Assembly (NCBI GenBank): GCA_964016885.1
Contig: OZ024742.1
Location: forward strand, 85,870,001-85,934,000
Direction: 5' to 3'
DNA: 64,000 nucleotides
Origin: Eledone cirrhosa
Lineage: Eukaryota
The notes under the pieces were generated by a model that made no database searches, had not been told where the DNA came from, and worked only from the letters and a program-made list of their open reading frames with translations. The position numbers and the translations under genes are program-made. Positions 13,501-27,245 of the stretch are shown in pieces (the first letter of the stretch is position 1; every line of letters starts with the position of its first letter).

Positions 13501-14897
13501 ATGATGAGGAGGGGTAGTTTGAGCAGAAGTAGCGGAATCCAGATAACAACGGGTGAGCTGATAAAGAAAATTGACTCTGAGGAAGGATACAAGTATTTGG
13601 GCGTTCTGGAGGCTGATGGCATAAAGAACAAAAACATGAAGGAATTGTTAAGAACTGAATACATTCGGAGAGTAAGGAGCGTATTGAAGTCACATCTGAA
13701 CAGCAGAAATGTCATAAGCGCAGTAAATTCCCGAGCTGTGTCTATTATTAGGTACAGTGCGGGAATTCTGAGATGGAATGTTGCTCAACAAAAAGAAATG
13801 GACAGGAACACTAGGAAGCTCATGACTATCTACAACATGTTCCACAAGAGGAGTGATGTCGATAGACTCTACTTAAGGAGATCTGAGGGTGGAAGAGGTC
13901 TTATCAGCATAGAGGACTGTGTTCAGATGGTGAAAAACAACCTACACAAATACGTGACTGATAGTTATGAGCCAATGCTCAGAACTATACTGAAGGAGGG
14001 GTAAATAGGCCAGGGGATGTCCAAGGAGGAAATAACAACAAGGAGAAAGAGCAGCCTTCAGGAAAAATCCCTTCATAGTACCTTCTTTGAGAAAACTGAA
14101 TTTAGAGATCCACAGACATGGAACTGGTTGAAAAGAGGAGACCTTAAAAAGACTACAGAAGGAATGTTAATTGCTGCGCAGGAGCAGGCTCTCAAAACGA
14201 AGTGGTTGAAACACCATATTCACAAGGAGGAGGCTAGCCCACTGTGCAGGATCTGTGGAGTGAGAGAGGAGAATGTGGATCACATTGTATCCGAGTGTAA
14301 ACACCTAGCCCAGACCCACTATAAGGGCTGCAGACATGATGTGATGGGAAGGGTGATCCACTGGCACCTGTGCAAAGTAAACAATTTACCACATTCTGCG
14401 AAATGGTATGAGCATAAGCCAGAGGCGGTGATAGAGAACGATTAGGTGAAGGTGCTGTGGGATTTTAGGATACAGACGGACAAGAAACTGGAACACAATA
14501 GACCTGACCTGGTGGTTGTGGACAAAGAAAAACGATCGTGCCTGATTGTGGATGTGGCCTGCCCATTTGACACGAGAGTGCAAGAGAAGGAGAGGGAGAA
14601 AATTAACCGATACCAGGACTTAAAGTGGGAGGTAAAAAGGATTTGGATCTGCCATGAAGTCAAAGTGATCCCGATTGTCATAGGCACACTGGGGACTATC
14701 TCAAAAATTTCCAGGGATGGTTAAAGAATCGGCCCCTTCACGCTTTTTGGAACGCTTCAAAAGGCATGCTTTCTGGGAACAGCAAGGACTCTCCGATACG
14801 TCCTGAATATCTGAGGCTGCAGGTAGTGGCTTGATATTCATTCCAACAAACTCTCCAGTTAACTAACATCAATGACTGAGACTCAAGGAGTAATAAC

Positions 14898-14934
<37 letters not shown>

Positions 14935-14962
14935 TTAATAATAATAATAATAATAATAATAA
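10540..14962 (+). mobile_element. R4/Dong-like RLE LINE, family B, decayed, with an internal ~740-bp duplication; ends in (TAA)n
   Basis: [52 protein letters not shown]...DVACP. (TAA)n at 14892-14962. The 5' boundary is approximate. Confidence 0.88.
10654..14814 (+). pseudogene. Family B RT-RLE polyprotein, disrupted
   Basis: ORF fragments 10654-10935, 11067-12794, 12836-13183, 13180-14004, 14017-14445 and 14446-14724. Confidence 0.88.
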
Positions 14963-14972
14963 CGTAGAACGT

Positions 14973-15890
14973 AGTAGAACGTCACGAAATTGCTCCCGTA
15001 AGTTTTTTGATTTTTAACATATTTAAATCAATTGTGAAAGAACAATTCTTAGCACAAATGTTGCATAAAGGCACCGAATGAGGTCCCATAAAGTTTCGGA
15101 TCCATATTATATTGTTGTATCGCTCAAATATTCAATTTTGTATGATATATTTTGTATTCAAAAAAAGAAAATGGTTATAAATGGAACAAAACACCCTCTG
15201 TCTACACTATATAGAACAGCGGCAATTTCAATTTCACCAACACCAGAAACTTGATACACTACCTATCCCATCACACTAAATATAACGGCAACTTCACCGG
15301 CATCATAATAATAATTACTATTATTATTGTCTCAAATTTAAAAAAATGTTTAATTCAAATTTTACGGGAATATGTCAACACAAAATATAATGAAAATATA
15401 TATTAAACATACGAACACAAACTCATAGATACTATATCAGTAACCACAACACCACCGCTGCCACCATTCCACCACATCCATCATCGCCGCCACCACTCAT
15501 TCAATGCTACTGACACTATTCCCCTGTTAACTTGAGAGAGAAAAGGGAAGGTGGTGGTAGCACTAGACAAGAGAGAGGCTAGCAAAAGATATAAATAGAT
15601 TGACTTGGTGACCTTGCCACGGACAAACGTCTACATCAACAATTATGGGACTGCTGGCTCACCCCTTCCTCACCAACAATATAAAAAGCCCCGGCACCAC
15701 CACCGACATAGCCAGCAGCAATAACAGCCAACTACAACAAAAAGTATATTATATTATTGTAATGCACTGGGTGATTGCTGGCCTTGTCCCTGGAGTGGAG
15801 ACAATTATTAATAATTTCATTCTTAAGCCACGCAATGCTCACATTAAGGAACCACTCATGATAATAACAATTTAAAAAAAAACAACAAAA
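14973..15890 (+). repeat. Segment X copy 2, directly upstream of RLE LINE A2
   Basis: Homologous to 5043-6010. Starts just after the (TAA)n tail of family B. Confidence 0.9.
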
Positions 15891-15892
15891 AT

Positions 15893-18800
15893 AAAACCCC
15901 GTGACCAAGAAATACCGGGATGGCGGCCGGCGGGGAATAGCCATGTCTCTAGGGGAGAACGACCCCTCTAGTCTTGGTTGACACTCGTTCTAGAAGTGGT
16001 AACACGAAAAGATTACCCCTTGGCGGATAAGGATAAAACGCGACAAAATAAAGTAGATGTCTAATGATGAAATCTCATACCGGATCGGCCGTCACCCGGG
16101 TAAAAAAGGACCGCGTCCCTCAGAGAGGAACCAGACTGGGGTCGAAAAATCAGCTAATGGTTCAAACCTTCCCATCACTTCGGAGCTGGAGACCTCCCAT
16201 AACCGGAATACTCCTACTGTTGGCCCTCCATGCTCACCACCAAGAAATCCAAAGAAAAAGAGAGAAAAATGGTCAAGGGAAGATAATAAAGAAGTCCTTG
16301 AGGCTTTCTATACTGCCATGTACTACCCATCAAATACATCGAATACAGAGCAAACATATATCAACTGGAAAAAGAAACATCCCGAAAACAGAGGCTATAT
16401 TGACAGTAACAAACTAGCCAATATACGAAGAAATATTGTAAGAAAAAAGTTACTAACTGATATAGAAATTGATCAGATCAAGCTAGTAGCACAAAGTCAG
16501 CGAAGGGAAAATGAAGCACGTGTCAGTGAAAACGAGGTAAACTGTAACACTTCGAATCCCAGAGTTGGGGCGGAATCACTGGCAACAGAACAAATTAAAG
16601 AAAGGAGCGAAAAAGTGGAGGGAGTGCATGCTCAGGATGAAACTCCAAATGAAAATAATGAGATCGTAAATGATAAAGAAATGAATGAGAATGAACTTGC
16701 CAACTTGAAGGATGAAATTATGATCGAATGGATGAAAATGAAAGAAACTGACATGGGGGAACGAGACACCCTCCCTAAGATCCAGAACTCCAAACAGAAC
16801 CAAAAGATAATACACAAGACTAACATAATTCTCAAAAACATTATCATCACAAACAAAATAAACATTACTGACTTAAATCATCTCTATTATGCATCGGCTA
16901 AAGTCACCACTCACTTATGTGGAGTGAAGATGAAAAAACAAAGGAATTCCCACAAGAAATCTACTTGGCAAGATAACATCAATCGCCAAATAAACCTTCT
17001 CCGATCTGACATAGAAATTTTAACAAACTATAAAGTAGGTGAACATGTTAAACAAACTAAACTTAGAAAATTGAAAAAAAAGTACAGTATAAGATCAACA
17101 TGTGACATAGACATGCTGATAGAAACAATCAAGCAAAAAGTGTCGGCCAAAGCTGCTCGTATAAGGCGCTTTGAAAAACGATCTAGATTCTATAAGGACA
17201 ATAATATGTTCAAAAACAACCAAAGAAACTTCTACAGAAAAATTGGTAAGTCAACAATAACTGCTAAATCAATACCACCCAAGGAGGAAGTGCAAGAATT
17301 CTGGGAAAAGATCTGGGCCGAAGAAAAAGTTCATAACATACATGCCCCATGGATAGACAGACAAATGAAAGAAACAGCTCACCTTGAAGAACAAACATGG
17401 GAAAATATAACAGTTGAACAGCTGCGCTTGGCTCTAAGAAAAACCAGCAAATGGAAATCCCCAGGAAAAGACAAAATACAAAACTTTTGGATAAATGCCT
17501 TCACAGAGTCTCATGAGCTGTTGGCCCAACTTTACAATGAAATAGTTAAGGAGCCAGAAAAGATACCATCATGGCTAGTTAACGGCATTACATTCCTGCT
17601 ACCGAAGAATGATGAGACAAACAATCCCAAAAATTACAGACCGATAACCTGCTTGACCACAATGTATAAAATTTTAACATCAGTCCTAACTGAATACACA
17701 TATGACCACCTGATAACAAATGACCTATTTCCCATTGAGCAGAAAGGGTGTAAACGAGGCTCATATGGCTGTAAGGATCAGCTTCTGGTTAACAAAATGA
17801 TACTGGAAGATTGTCATAATAGACACAAAAATCTATCGATTGCTTGGATAGATTATAAAAAAGCATTTGATAGTTTGCCACACAGTTGGATTGAAAAATG
17901 TTTAGAGATTTTCAAAATATCCCCCGTTGTCAGGAGGTTTTTGTCATTCAGTATGAGGACATGGAGAACGACACTCCTTTTGAATAGTGAAACAAAATCA
18001 CTGGAAGCTGGAGAAGTTAACATTAATTGTGGAATTTTTCAGGGTGACTCTTTATCACCGCTTTTATTCTGCATCGCACTTATACCATTAAGTAAAATGC
18101 TCAATGAAACAAAACATGGATATAGAGTCTATGACAAAACCATTAATCACCTGTTCTACATGGATGACCTGAAACTATTCGCAAAAAATGATGAACAATT
18201 GCAAGGGCTATTATCCACTGTGAAGCAGTTCAGTGATGACATTAAAATGGAGTTTGGACTGGATAAATGCGCCAAAGCAACGTTCACCAGAGGAAAGCTG
18301 CTGAAGAGTTCAGACATTAATCTTGATCGGGGAACGTGATAAGAGAGCTTGATCAAGAACAAACTTACAAATATCTAGGTGTTTGTGAAGGAGACGGAAT
18401 CAAGCACTCGACAATGAGGGAAAGGATAAGGAAGGAATGTTACCGCAGAGTCAGAGCAATCTTAAGAACGGAATTGAATGCAAGGAATAGGATCGATGCC
18501 ATAAACACGCTTGCCATACCAGTAGTAACCTACAGTTACAATGTCATCAACTGGTCAAGCACAGAGATCCGTAGGCTCGATACAAAAATCCGAAAATTCT
18601 TAACCATGCACAGAATGCATCACCCTAAGGCAGACATAGATAGAATATATCTCCCTAGGAAAGAAGGAGGACGTGGGTTAATCCAGTTAGACATTGCGTT
18701 GAAAACTGCAACAATTGGATTATCCACATATCTAAGGGAATCACATGATTGGATGATCAAACTCGTTTTGAAACACGAAAGCACCAAAAGATCATATTCC

Positions 18801-19868
18801 ATTACAAAAGATGCACAAAGATACAGTAATGGACTACAAATTTCAGAAGTCCCATTTACTGCTGAAATGGAAAACACAGAAAAAGCAAAGCAGGTAAAAG
18901 TAACTGCAAAGAAAGAACTGCTACAGAAACTGGCTAAGAAATGGCAAGAAAAGCCTCTGTATGGAAAATACCCAGAGCGAGCTAACAATCCTGATGTTGA
19001 CAAAACTTTAACCCATCAGTGGTTGGCATCCTCTGGACTGAAATCGGAGACTGAAGGACTGATTATCTCCGCACAAGATCAGTGTCTGCCAACAAAAAAT
19101 TACCAAGCCAACATAATAAAAAATGGGTGCAGCCCATTATGCCGTGTATGCAAAAAACAACCAGAGACAATTGACCATATAATTTCAATGTGCAGTCCTA
19201 TAGCTCCAACCGAATACCTAAACAGGCATGACAGAGCTGCACAATACATACATTGGATAATGTGTAAGCATTTTGACCTGCCCCATCAAAAGAATTGGTG
19301 GGAGCATCAACCACTTCCCATACTTGAAAAAGATCACATCTCAATCTTGTGGAACTTTAGCATCCAAACAGACCGAAAAATAGATGCAAATAGACCTGAT
19401 ATAATATTGAAGGACTTTCAAAGGAGGGTATGCCTGCTAATTGATATGTCTGTTCCAATAGACAAGAATGTATCTATAAAAACATTTGAAAAATTGAGCA
19501 AGTATAAGGACCTGGAGATAGAAATTGGAAAAATGTGGAAATTGAGAACTAAAACAATACCAGTGGTTGTAGGCGCTCTGGGAATGATACCTAAGGGGTC
19601 TAACGACTACTTATCGCAAATCCCAGGAAACCCGCGTATAGGAGAAATACAAAAGATAGTACTAATGGGAAATGCCCATATACTAAGGAAGATCCTGTCA
19701 ATATAAGTACATCACAAGTCTAAACACTAAGGATGCATGTGTGAATATGTGTGTTCTTTCTTGAACATGGCGGACCTTGTTGTCTCTTGAGGTCACTGGT
19801 TGTGACTTGGTGATAACTCGTATAAACATAAAGCAAGATAAATGCAAATAATAATAATAATAATAATA
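15893..19868 (+). mobile_element. R4/Dong-like RLE LINE, family A copy 2 (full length, near intact)
   Basis: Near-identical to 6012-9975. (TAA)n tail at about 19848-19868. Confidence 0.93.
16057..19706 (+). CDS. RT-CCHC-RLE polyprotein (~1216 aa) with one apparent 1-bp frameshift at ~18330
   Basis: The 760-aa and 456-aa ORFs overlap at a G4 run that is G5 in copy A1. YMDD, CRVC..H..C, RHD and PD...D...K are all intact. Confidence 0.85.
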
Positions 19869-20992
19869 AAAGGGAATCACATGATTGGATGATCAAACTC
19901 GTTTTGAAACACGAAAGCATCAAGAGATATTACTCAATTACAAAAGATGCACAAAGATACAGTAATGGACTACAAATTTCAAAAGTCCAATTCACTGCTG
20001 AAATGGAAAACACAGAAAAAGCGAAGCAGGTAAAAGTAACTGCAAAGAAAGAACTGCTACAGAAACTGGCTAAAAATGACAGGAAAAGCTTCTGTATGGA
20101 AAATACCCAGAACGAGCTAACAATCCTGATGTTGACAAAACTTTAACCCATCAGTGGTTGGCATCCTCTGGATTGAAATCGGAGACTGAAGGACTGATTA
20201 TATCAGCACAAGATCAGTGTCTGCCAACAAAAAAGTACCAAGCCCACATAATAAACAATGGATGCAGCCCATTATGCCGTGTATGTAAAAAACAACCAGA
20301 TACCATTGACCATATAATTTCAATGTGCAGTCCTATAGCTCCAACCGAATACCTAAACAGGCATGACAGAGCTGCACAATAAATACATTTCATAATGTGT
20401 AAGCATTTTGACCTGCCCATCAATAGAATTGGTGGGAGCATCAACCACCTCCCATACATGAAAATGATGACATCTCAATCTTGTGGAACTTTAGCATCCA
20501 AACAGACCGAAAAATAGATGCAAATAGACCTGATATAATACTGAAGGACTTTAATAAAAGGTAATGCCTGCTACTTGATATGTCCAAGAATTTATCTATA
20601 AAAACATTTGAAAAATTGAGCAAGTATAAGGACATGGAGATAGAAATTGGGAAAATGTGGAAATTGAGAACTAAAATAATACCAGTAGTTGTAGGCGCTC
20701 TAGGAATGATACCTAAGGGGTCTAATCATTAATTATCGCAAATCCCAGGAAACCCGCGTATAGGAGAAATACAAAAGATACTACTAATGTGAACTGCCCA
20801 TATACTAAGGAAGATTCTGTCAATATAAGTACATCACAAGTCTAAACACCTAAAAAAGCATGTGTGAGTATGCATATTTTTTCTTGAACATGGCGGACAT
20901 TGTTGTCTCTTGAGGTCACTGGTTGTGACTTGGTGATAACTCGTATGAACATAAAGCAAAATAAATGCAACTATAATAATAATAATAATAAT
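19869..20992 (+). mobile_element. 5'-truncated family A copy 3
   Basis: Begins AAGGGAATCACATGATTGG (equivalent to about 18735 of A2) immediately after the (TAA)n tail of A2. Same 3' UTR and (TAA)n tail; several stops. Confidence 0.92.
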
Positions 20993-23679
20993 ACCCCAAG
21001 AAGCAACATTATAATAGCGTTTTCTCGGTTTACTAAATATAGAATACTGACAGCTTCATAACCAAAATTGATGCACTTTACATAATACAGCATAGAGGAA
21101 ATAGCTTCACTGAGCGTGTTGTGCATATTGCGAAGTATATTTTCAAGACAATACAAACAACACCAAAATATATCCCGTAACATAATCAAGGCGCCAGAGC
21201 TCTGCTACATAACTCTGTGGCAGCATGCAATAAAATACTACTGATGATGATAAATAATTATAATGATGTTGATGATGATAATGTTGGTGATGCTGACGAA
21301 GATGATGCTGATGATAATGATGACGATGAGGCCGTCTTCGACGACGATGATAATGTTGATAAAATAAAGAAAATTATACCGTATCTTGATTAACGCATCC
21401 AACAAAGCAGGGAAACCACACGGACTGAAAAAGAAAAAGTAGAGATTCGGATTTATAACAAGGAAAGAAAATGCGCATCGGAGAAAGTAATTCAATTGAG
21501 ATATCAATACATGAGAATATGATATGGATACATAATAGAAGATTAATGAAAGCAATTCGAAATGCCAACAAGGTAAATATCCCCCAAAATGAGGAACTGC
21601 ACTTCAGGGTAATTCCTTGGAAAACTCGAAATATAACAACGTTCTATATTATTACTTGATGGACATTAAATTTGCCTCCTTGTATTTTTTCCTCTTGCTT
21701 ATTAGTCCCATTCAGTGTCATCAATCTAAACGTCCTTACCAAACGTTCATAAACCACACTAGATTACAACGCCTCTTATTTTTCCCTCACCTTCATTTTA
21801 GAGGAACTTGAAGAATTGGATGGATATTTTACTACAGAGAAAACCTGCAGTCCTCCGATATTTTAGATGAGCCCATCATATAGCTTCCTCCGCCTTCTTG
21901 TTGGACCTCTTACAAAACAATTGGGCAGTGCAATTCGCATTGTAGACTTGGCTGACAGCGGGATGTATCCTACATAGGAGAGCAATTATTTGACACAATG
22001 GTTCCCCGTGCACCCGTTTATATATTACAGGGTGGTTTCCTCACCATGTGGGCTTCACGGGAATGTCTAACCTTTGAATCTTCCATAGATTTAGAACATT
22101 TCAAACTAGAAGTAACCGTCTGAAGCATTGCCATACTAAGGACATTTATACATGCTCCATAATCACAGACCTGAATGTCTACCAGAAGATCCTATTCACA
22201 TTGAGCTCATCAACGCCGAGAGATACATCTATGTTCCACGAACTCTTTATAGATCGCGTGTGTTTGGCTACTGTGTTATTCAAATTGTAATGTGCTAGGA
22301 GCGCATAGCAACACTAAAGATACCAATTAAATAAATAAGCTGCAGGTAAACATGTTCCACGAAAGATGCTCCATTAGTTGTGCTTCGCTTTCTTTCTCAA
22401 CGACAGTGAGGGACTTGAAGTAGTTCCACGAGTACAATGGTAGTTTCACTTTTCTATGCATCAAAAGCATCCAAGGCCACCGCGAAGTTGTCCATTTTTT
22501 AAAAATCAGCAGGCCTTTCACTCGCCCAGTTGTGTATTGTCCCAGGACGTTTTCGACAAGGATATAGGGCCGCCGGTTATCATGTTCCTCTCTCTCCACA
22601 TGCCTTGGCTCACGACCATTCACATGTCCCGTTTATGCAAGCTCCACTGACCGGCTCGTATTCTATCATAATGGTGATGGATGCTTCTATATCCGAAGTA
22701 TTCGACACAATGAGAGTGCCATAATCCGTTTACATTGACATGGAGTTATCGTGAGCACATTTTAGTGTAATTCCTCTCATGGACTCCCTTATCCACGGGA
22801 TTGATTCAAAAGCCACCAAGTAATGTAGAGAAGGGAGCTCGATGTATCTCATGATGTGAAGTGTATCACATGCAGATCTCCCAGCGATTTCACAAAACAT
22901 TGCATCACCGAATATATTACCATAACACTATGCCACAAATAAATTGGAAACAATTCTGCAGAAAAAAGATTCCATAAGCAACTAGACCATCGTATATTAT
23001 ACGTCAAGGACAGTCACCATCTCGTGTAAATATATTATCAACAAATCTACCGTGATTCAGAATTTATATGGATTCACATATCTATTTGTCACAGAAAGCC
23101 GAGAACAAACTGAGATAATGCATCTCTGGAAAGCAGAAATCTTGTAAAAAAAAACTGAGATTAGATAAAACGCCGGCATAAACACACTAATGAAGCAATG
23201 AAGTAGACGGTGTTCAACCAGCACGCATATGAAACACAATTTTATTGTAGAATATTATTGATGTTTAGATTATTGTTTTGTACAGAAATAAATGCAAACA
23301 ATAACATAATAGTCATGAATTCTCTAGCGATAGAAGCACTAAGTTTCTGTTTTGATAGTCTTAACTGATACGTATGAAACATATTGACTGCATTTAATGT
23401 GCACCACGCAAAATAATCTGTAGTATGTTAATATTAACCATAAGAATTGTAAGGAAGAACGTTATGCAACTACGAAGATTGTATAAAATCATAACTTTTG
23501 AGCTGCAATAATATATCAGAATTAATAATGAAGAGTTAAGAAAAATATCCATGACATATGAAGGAAACAAACAAAATAAATGGTATGTCTTCAATGAAGC
23601 CATCGAATTTAAAACAGAAACGGAATTGACAGATAATTATGAAAGAATTCTAAACACAAATTAAACAACAACATAACTT

Positions 23680-24000
23680 GTAAAAAAAGCAAAAATCTAA
23701 ATTGACAACCGATCTCCAGAATGCTATGCTAAAACGATGGAAATAAAAATCTCTACATGGCCTTTAGCCGAAATCGCTGAATAGAGAGGATGTGGACAAA
23801 CACACTCTGTAAAATATTATGCCAAGCATGGATAGAATACGTGACTGAAGGATTTCTAATTACTGCACATAATGAAAGCCTCCGAACCAGAAACCACGAA
23901 AAATACATAATGTGGCAGAGCACTTTAATTAAATCTAAAATATGTGCTGGCGGGATAAACAATAAATACCATTGTTTCTAGCTAGCAATTCTTAGAAACA
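23680..24000 (+). pseudogene. Old, degenerate R4-like LINE fragment (pre-CCHC region)
   Basis: KRWK*KSLHG and VTEGFLITAHNESLRTRNH align by eye to KKWQEKPLYG and ETEGLIISAQDQCLPTKNY of family A. Confidence 0.6.
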
Positions 24001-24077
24001 GAAGTATATATCTACAGTAGCTATCAATTTGGGATTTTTATACGCCAAGGAATTATAATTGAATTGACCAAATATAA

Positions 24078-24215
24078 TTGTTTCTACTTTTGGCACAAGG
24101 CCAAAAATTTACCAGTACATTACTGGTACTTTATTGTATCCACCTCGTAAGGATGAAAGGCAAATTTAACCTCGGCGGGATTTGAACTCAGTCCGTAAAG
24201 GGACGTAACTATGAT
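24078..24215 (-). mobile_element. tRNA-derived SINE-like repeat fragment
   Basis: The minus strand has a B-box-like GAGTTCAAATCCC followed by GCCGAGGTTAAATTTGCCTTTCATCC. A second copy lies at 4951. Confidence 0.6.
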
Positions 24216-24249
24216 GAAATGAGTGTTTGGATTTCTCTGTCTCTTTATG

Positions 24250-24359
<110 letters not shown>

Positions 24360-26482
24360 TAATTTGTTAAGTGTAGAGATAAATATGGTAATAATTAAAA
24401 AATAAAAGTAAATATTAGTCTTTATAATTGGTGGAATAACTGAACACTACAGTGGTTCCAAGAAGAAGAAGAAGAAGAAGAAGAAGGAGGAGGAGGAGGA
24501 GGAGGAGGAGGAGGTTTGAAAGATAGAATGAAAAAAGAAATAAATAAAGAAAGAACAGAATGAAATAATGTAACGAAGAAAGAGGAAGCAGAGGTTAAGG
24601 AGGAAGCAGAAGCGTATAAGGAGAAGGAAAACAACGAGGAAAGAGCCTCCTAAATCTGTTATAGTTTTAAATAGATATGTAGTTCAAAACTAAATCATAC
24701 TGAAATGTACACACGCATATAAATTCAACAATCAGCTGTCACTCAAGGCATAATTGTTTTGTTTTGTCTTTAAACTTTCTTTGTTGATGTATCCGGGTAT
24801 GATTGTTTCTCTACATTTTTAAGCCGCTTAGATCGTTAAAAATTGCAGTGTTATCTCAAAGTAATTACTTGATTATAAATCTTTTAAATTTATGCTTTTA
24901 GGCGAAATATTCAAATGGAAAGCAATCGTAACATTTCATCATCAACACTAACAAATAGCCGGAAAAAAAAACATTTTAAATCTGCAAGTTATAAAATCTA
25001 TAAATATACAGGAGCAACTACGCATTTACATTAATAAATGATTAAATATTTTATCGCTCTTTCCTTTATGTTCTAATTGTATAAACAGTAAGGAGAAACA
25101 TGTAAAATGAAAAAAATGGAAAAAGATTGAATAAAATAAAATAGACAGTAAAGAATGAGCAGACATTCTTGGAAAACGATTATAAAATCTGCGTAAAAGG
25201 GAACATAACAAGGAAGAGATTTTCAATGAAATTTTATTGTAGCCCGAAGCAGAAATAACAAAAATGATTTTTCTATAATGATTTAGTCTACGTAAACCTG
25301 TTAGTGTACCACACATATTGCAGTCTGGCAAATAATGGTATATAAAAAAAACAAACAAAAAAAAAACATTATTATAGTTCAAGTTCAATACATAAAGTTT
25401 AACAATGTTAGTTATACATTATGAGATGGGTCGTTCTGCAGAAACACCGTGACCTGATTGTGGGATGTGTTAATTTAAACTAGCAGTCGTTATTACCGAT
25501 ATTATGTTTAGGAGATTTGGGTTGATACTCCAATTGTTATTGCATATAATTAAAGAACGCCACTTGGATACGAGGAAAATGTATTTTTCTTTTTAGCATT
25601 ATATATGCCATTAGACAGTAAGTGACGAGGGAAATTGTAGATTGTTAGCACCTGTTGAGAACTATGTACTTTTATTTTACTCGGCAATGATCAAACACAA
25701 TGTGGTAGTTTAATGGAAACGTAACAATGTATACAATACACAACATTTCACAATGTCAGGAAAGGCCATTGACTTCATAAAAAAAAATGAGCAGGATATA
25801 ATAAAAAACAAAAAAAGAACAGAGTATAAAGGAAAAGAAAAAGAAAATGAAAGAAGGATTGAGCGGCAAAAAAAGGGAGATGATGAGGGGCTGCTATTTA
25901 AGCTAAATCTGAATGGTACCGAACCCGCGCCCCATGGACACACCGCCAAAACAGTTTAGCAGAGAGACCGTATGTCGGAATCCAAAACTATCGGTTGTCA
26001 TGTGGAAGAATACAATGATTTATTTGCTTTTAAATGTAAGAAATTTGATTTATTCGTACGAACATCGAAATTAAAGCATTTTCAAGAAATGCCTTAAAGT
26101 ATACTCTCATAGTATTGGCATTAAACCTGTTAAACGACAATACTACACCCTATATAATGTATATATATATAAAGTATTTCTTCAAAGTGATTCGGTCATC
26201 CTCACAACATAAAATATGAAGAGTTCTTGTTCAATACTTAATTTTTCATTTTTAAATTTAAATTTTAATATTTAATATTTGATAGTATAAATTACTTCGA
26301 AGCCTGTAATATTTTATATATTTTATAAATCATTTAAAAAGAAAACGTTTCCTTGTTTTATTCAAAAATAGCATTTTGTCGGATTAAAGAAAAAAAAATC
26401 ACTAAATATACTTCCATGCTGTTTCCATTCTGATATTTTTTTATAAACTTTGATTTGTATACAACTTTACCCTCTCTCCCTA

Positions 26483-26624
<142 letters not shown>

Positions 26625-27228
26625 TAAAATAACAGATTAAGTTTAAGCAAATAATCACTGCTTACACCCTTAACGGGATCTTCTGAAACTACCAAATTCA
26701 ATCTGTGAACGCAGAAGTGAATATTTCAAAAAACGACTTCAGTTATACCATTTATACCATTTACGTGGTTTTGTCTTGGCGTGCAATTGTTCTCCCCGTT
26801 CCACATATGACGTATTATCTTCGTTTTTTCCGTTCATTGCCAGAGAACGTCTCTATGAACCACCTAATAGACTTCTACGACTTCTTTTATACCATAAACG
26901 TAGTTTTGTCTTTGCGTGTAGTTGTTTTTCACCGCTCCAAATAATTACGTATTATATTTGTTTTTTTCCCGTTCTTTGCCAGGGAACGTTTCCAGGAACC
27001 AAAGTATCGTCTTCCTGTTTTCCTCCGGATGCACCGTTTTTTGAAATATTCACTTCTGCGTTCACAGATTGAATTTGTTAGTTTCAGAAGATCCCGTTAA
27101 GGGTGAAAGCAGCGATTCTTTTCTTAAACTTTAATCTGTTATTTGCTCTACGGTTCTTAAATATTTGATATATATTTATCCCTATCGAGCCCTCCTTGGA
27201 TCTTAGTCTTCAAATTTATTATTATTAC
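26625..27228 (+). mobile_element. Non-autonomous fold-back element (PLE pLTR-like) with ~110-bp inverted repeats
   Basis: 26625-26735 is the reverse complement of 27036-27144. Internal ~143-bp tandem pair (26733, 26877). Flanked by (TA)n. The arms carry a degenerate hammerhead. Confidence 0.7.
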
Positions 27229-27245
27229 TATATATATATATATAT

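Noticed and set aside
24400-26450. Possible host gene exons or promoter
   Set aside because: Only short low-complexity ORFs, with no supportable splice structure or homology.
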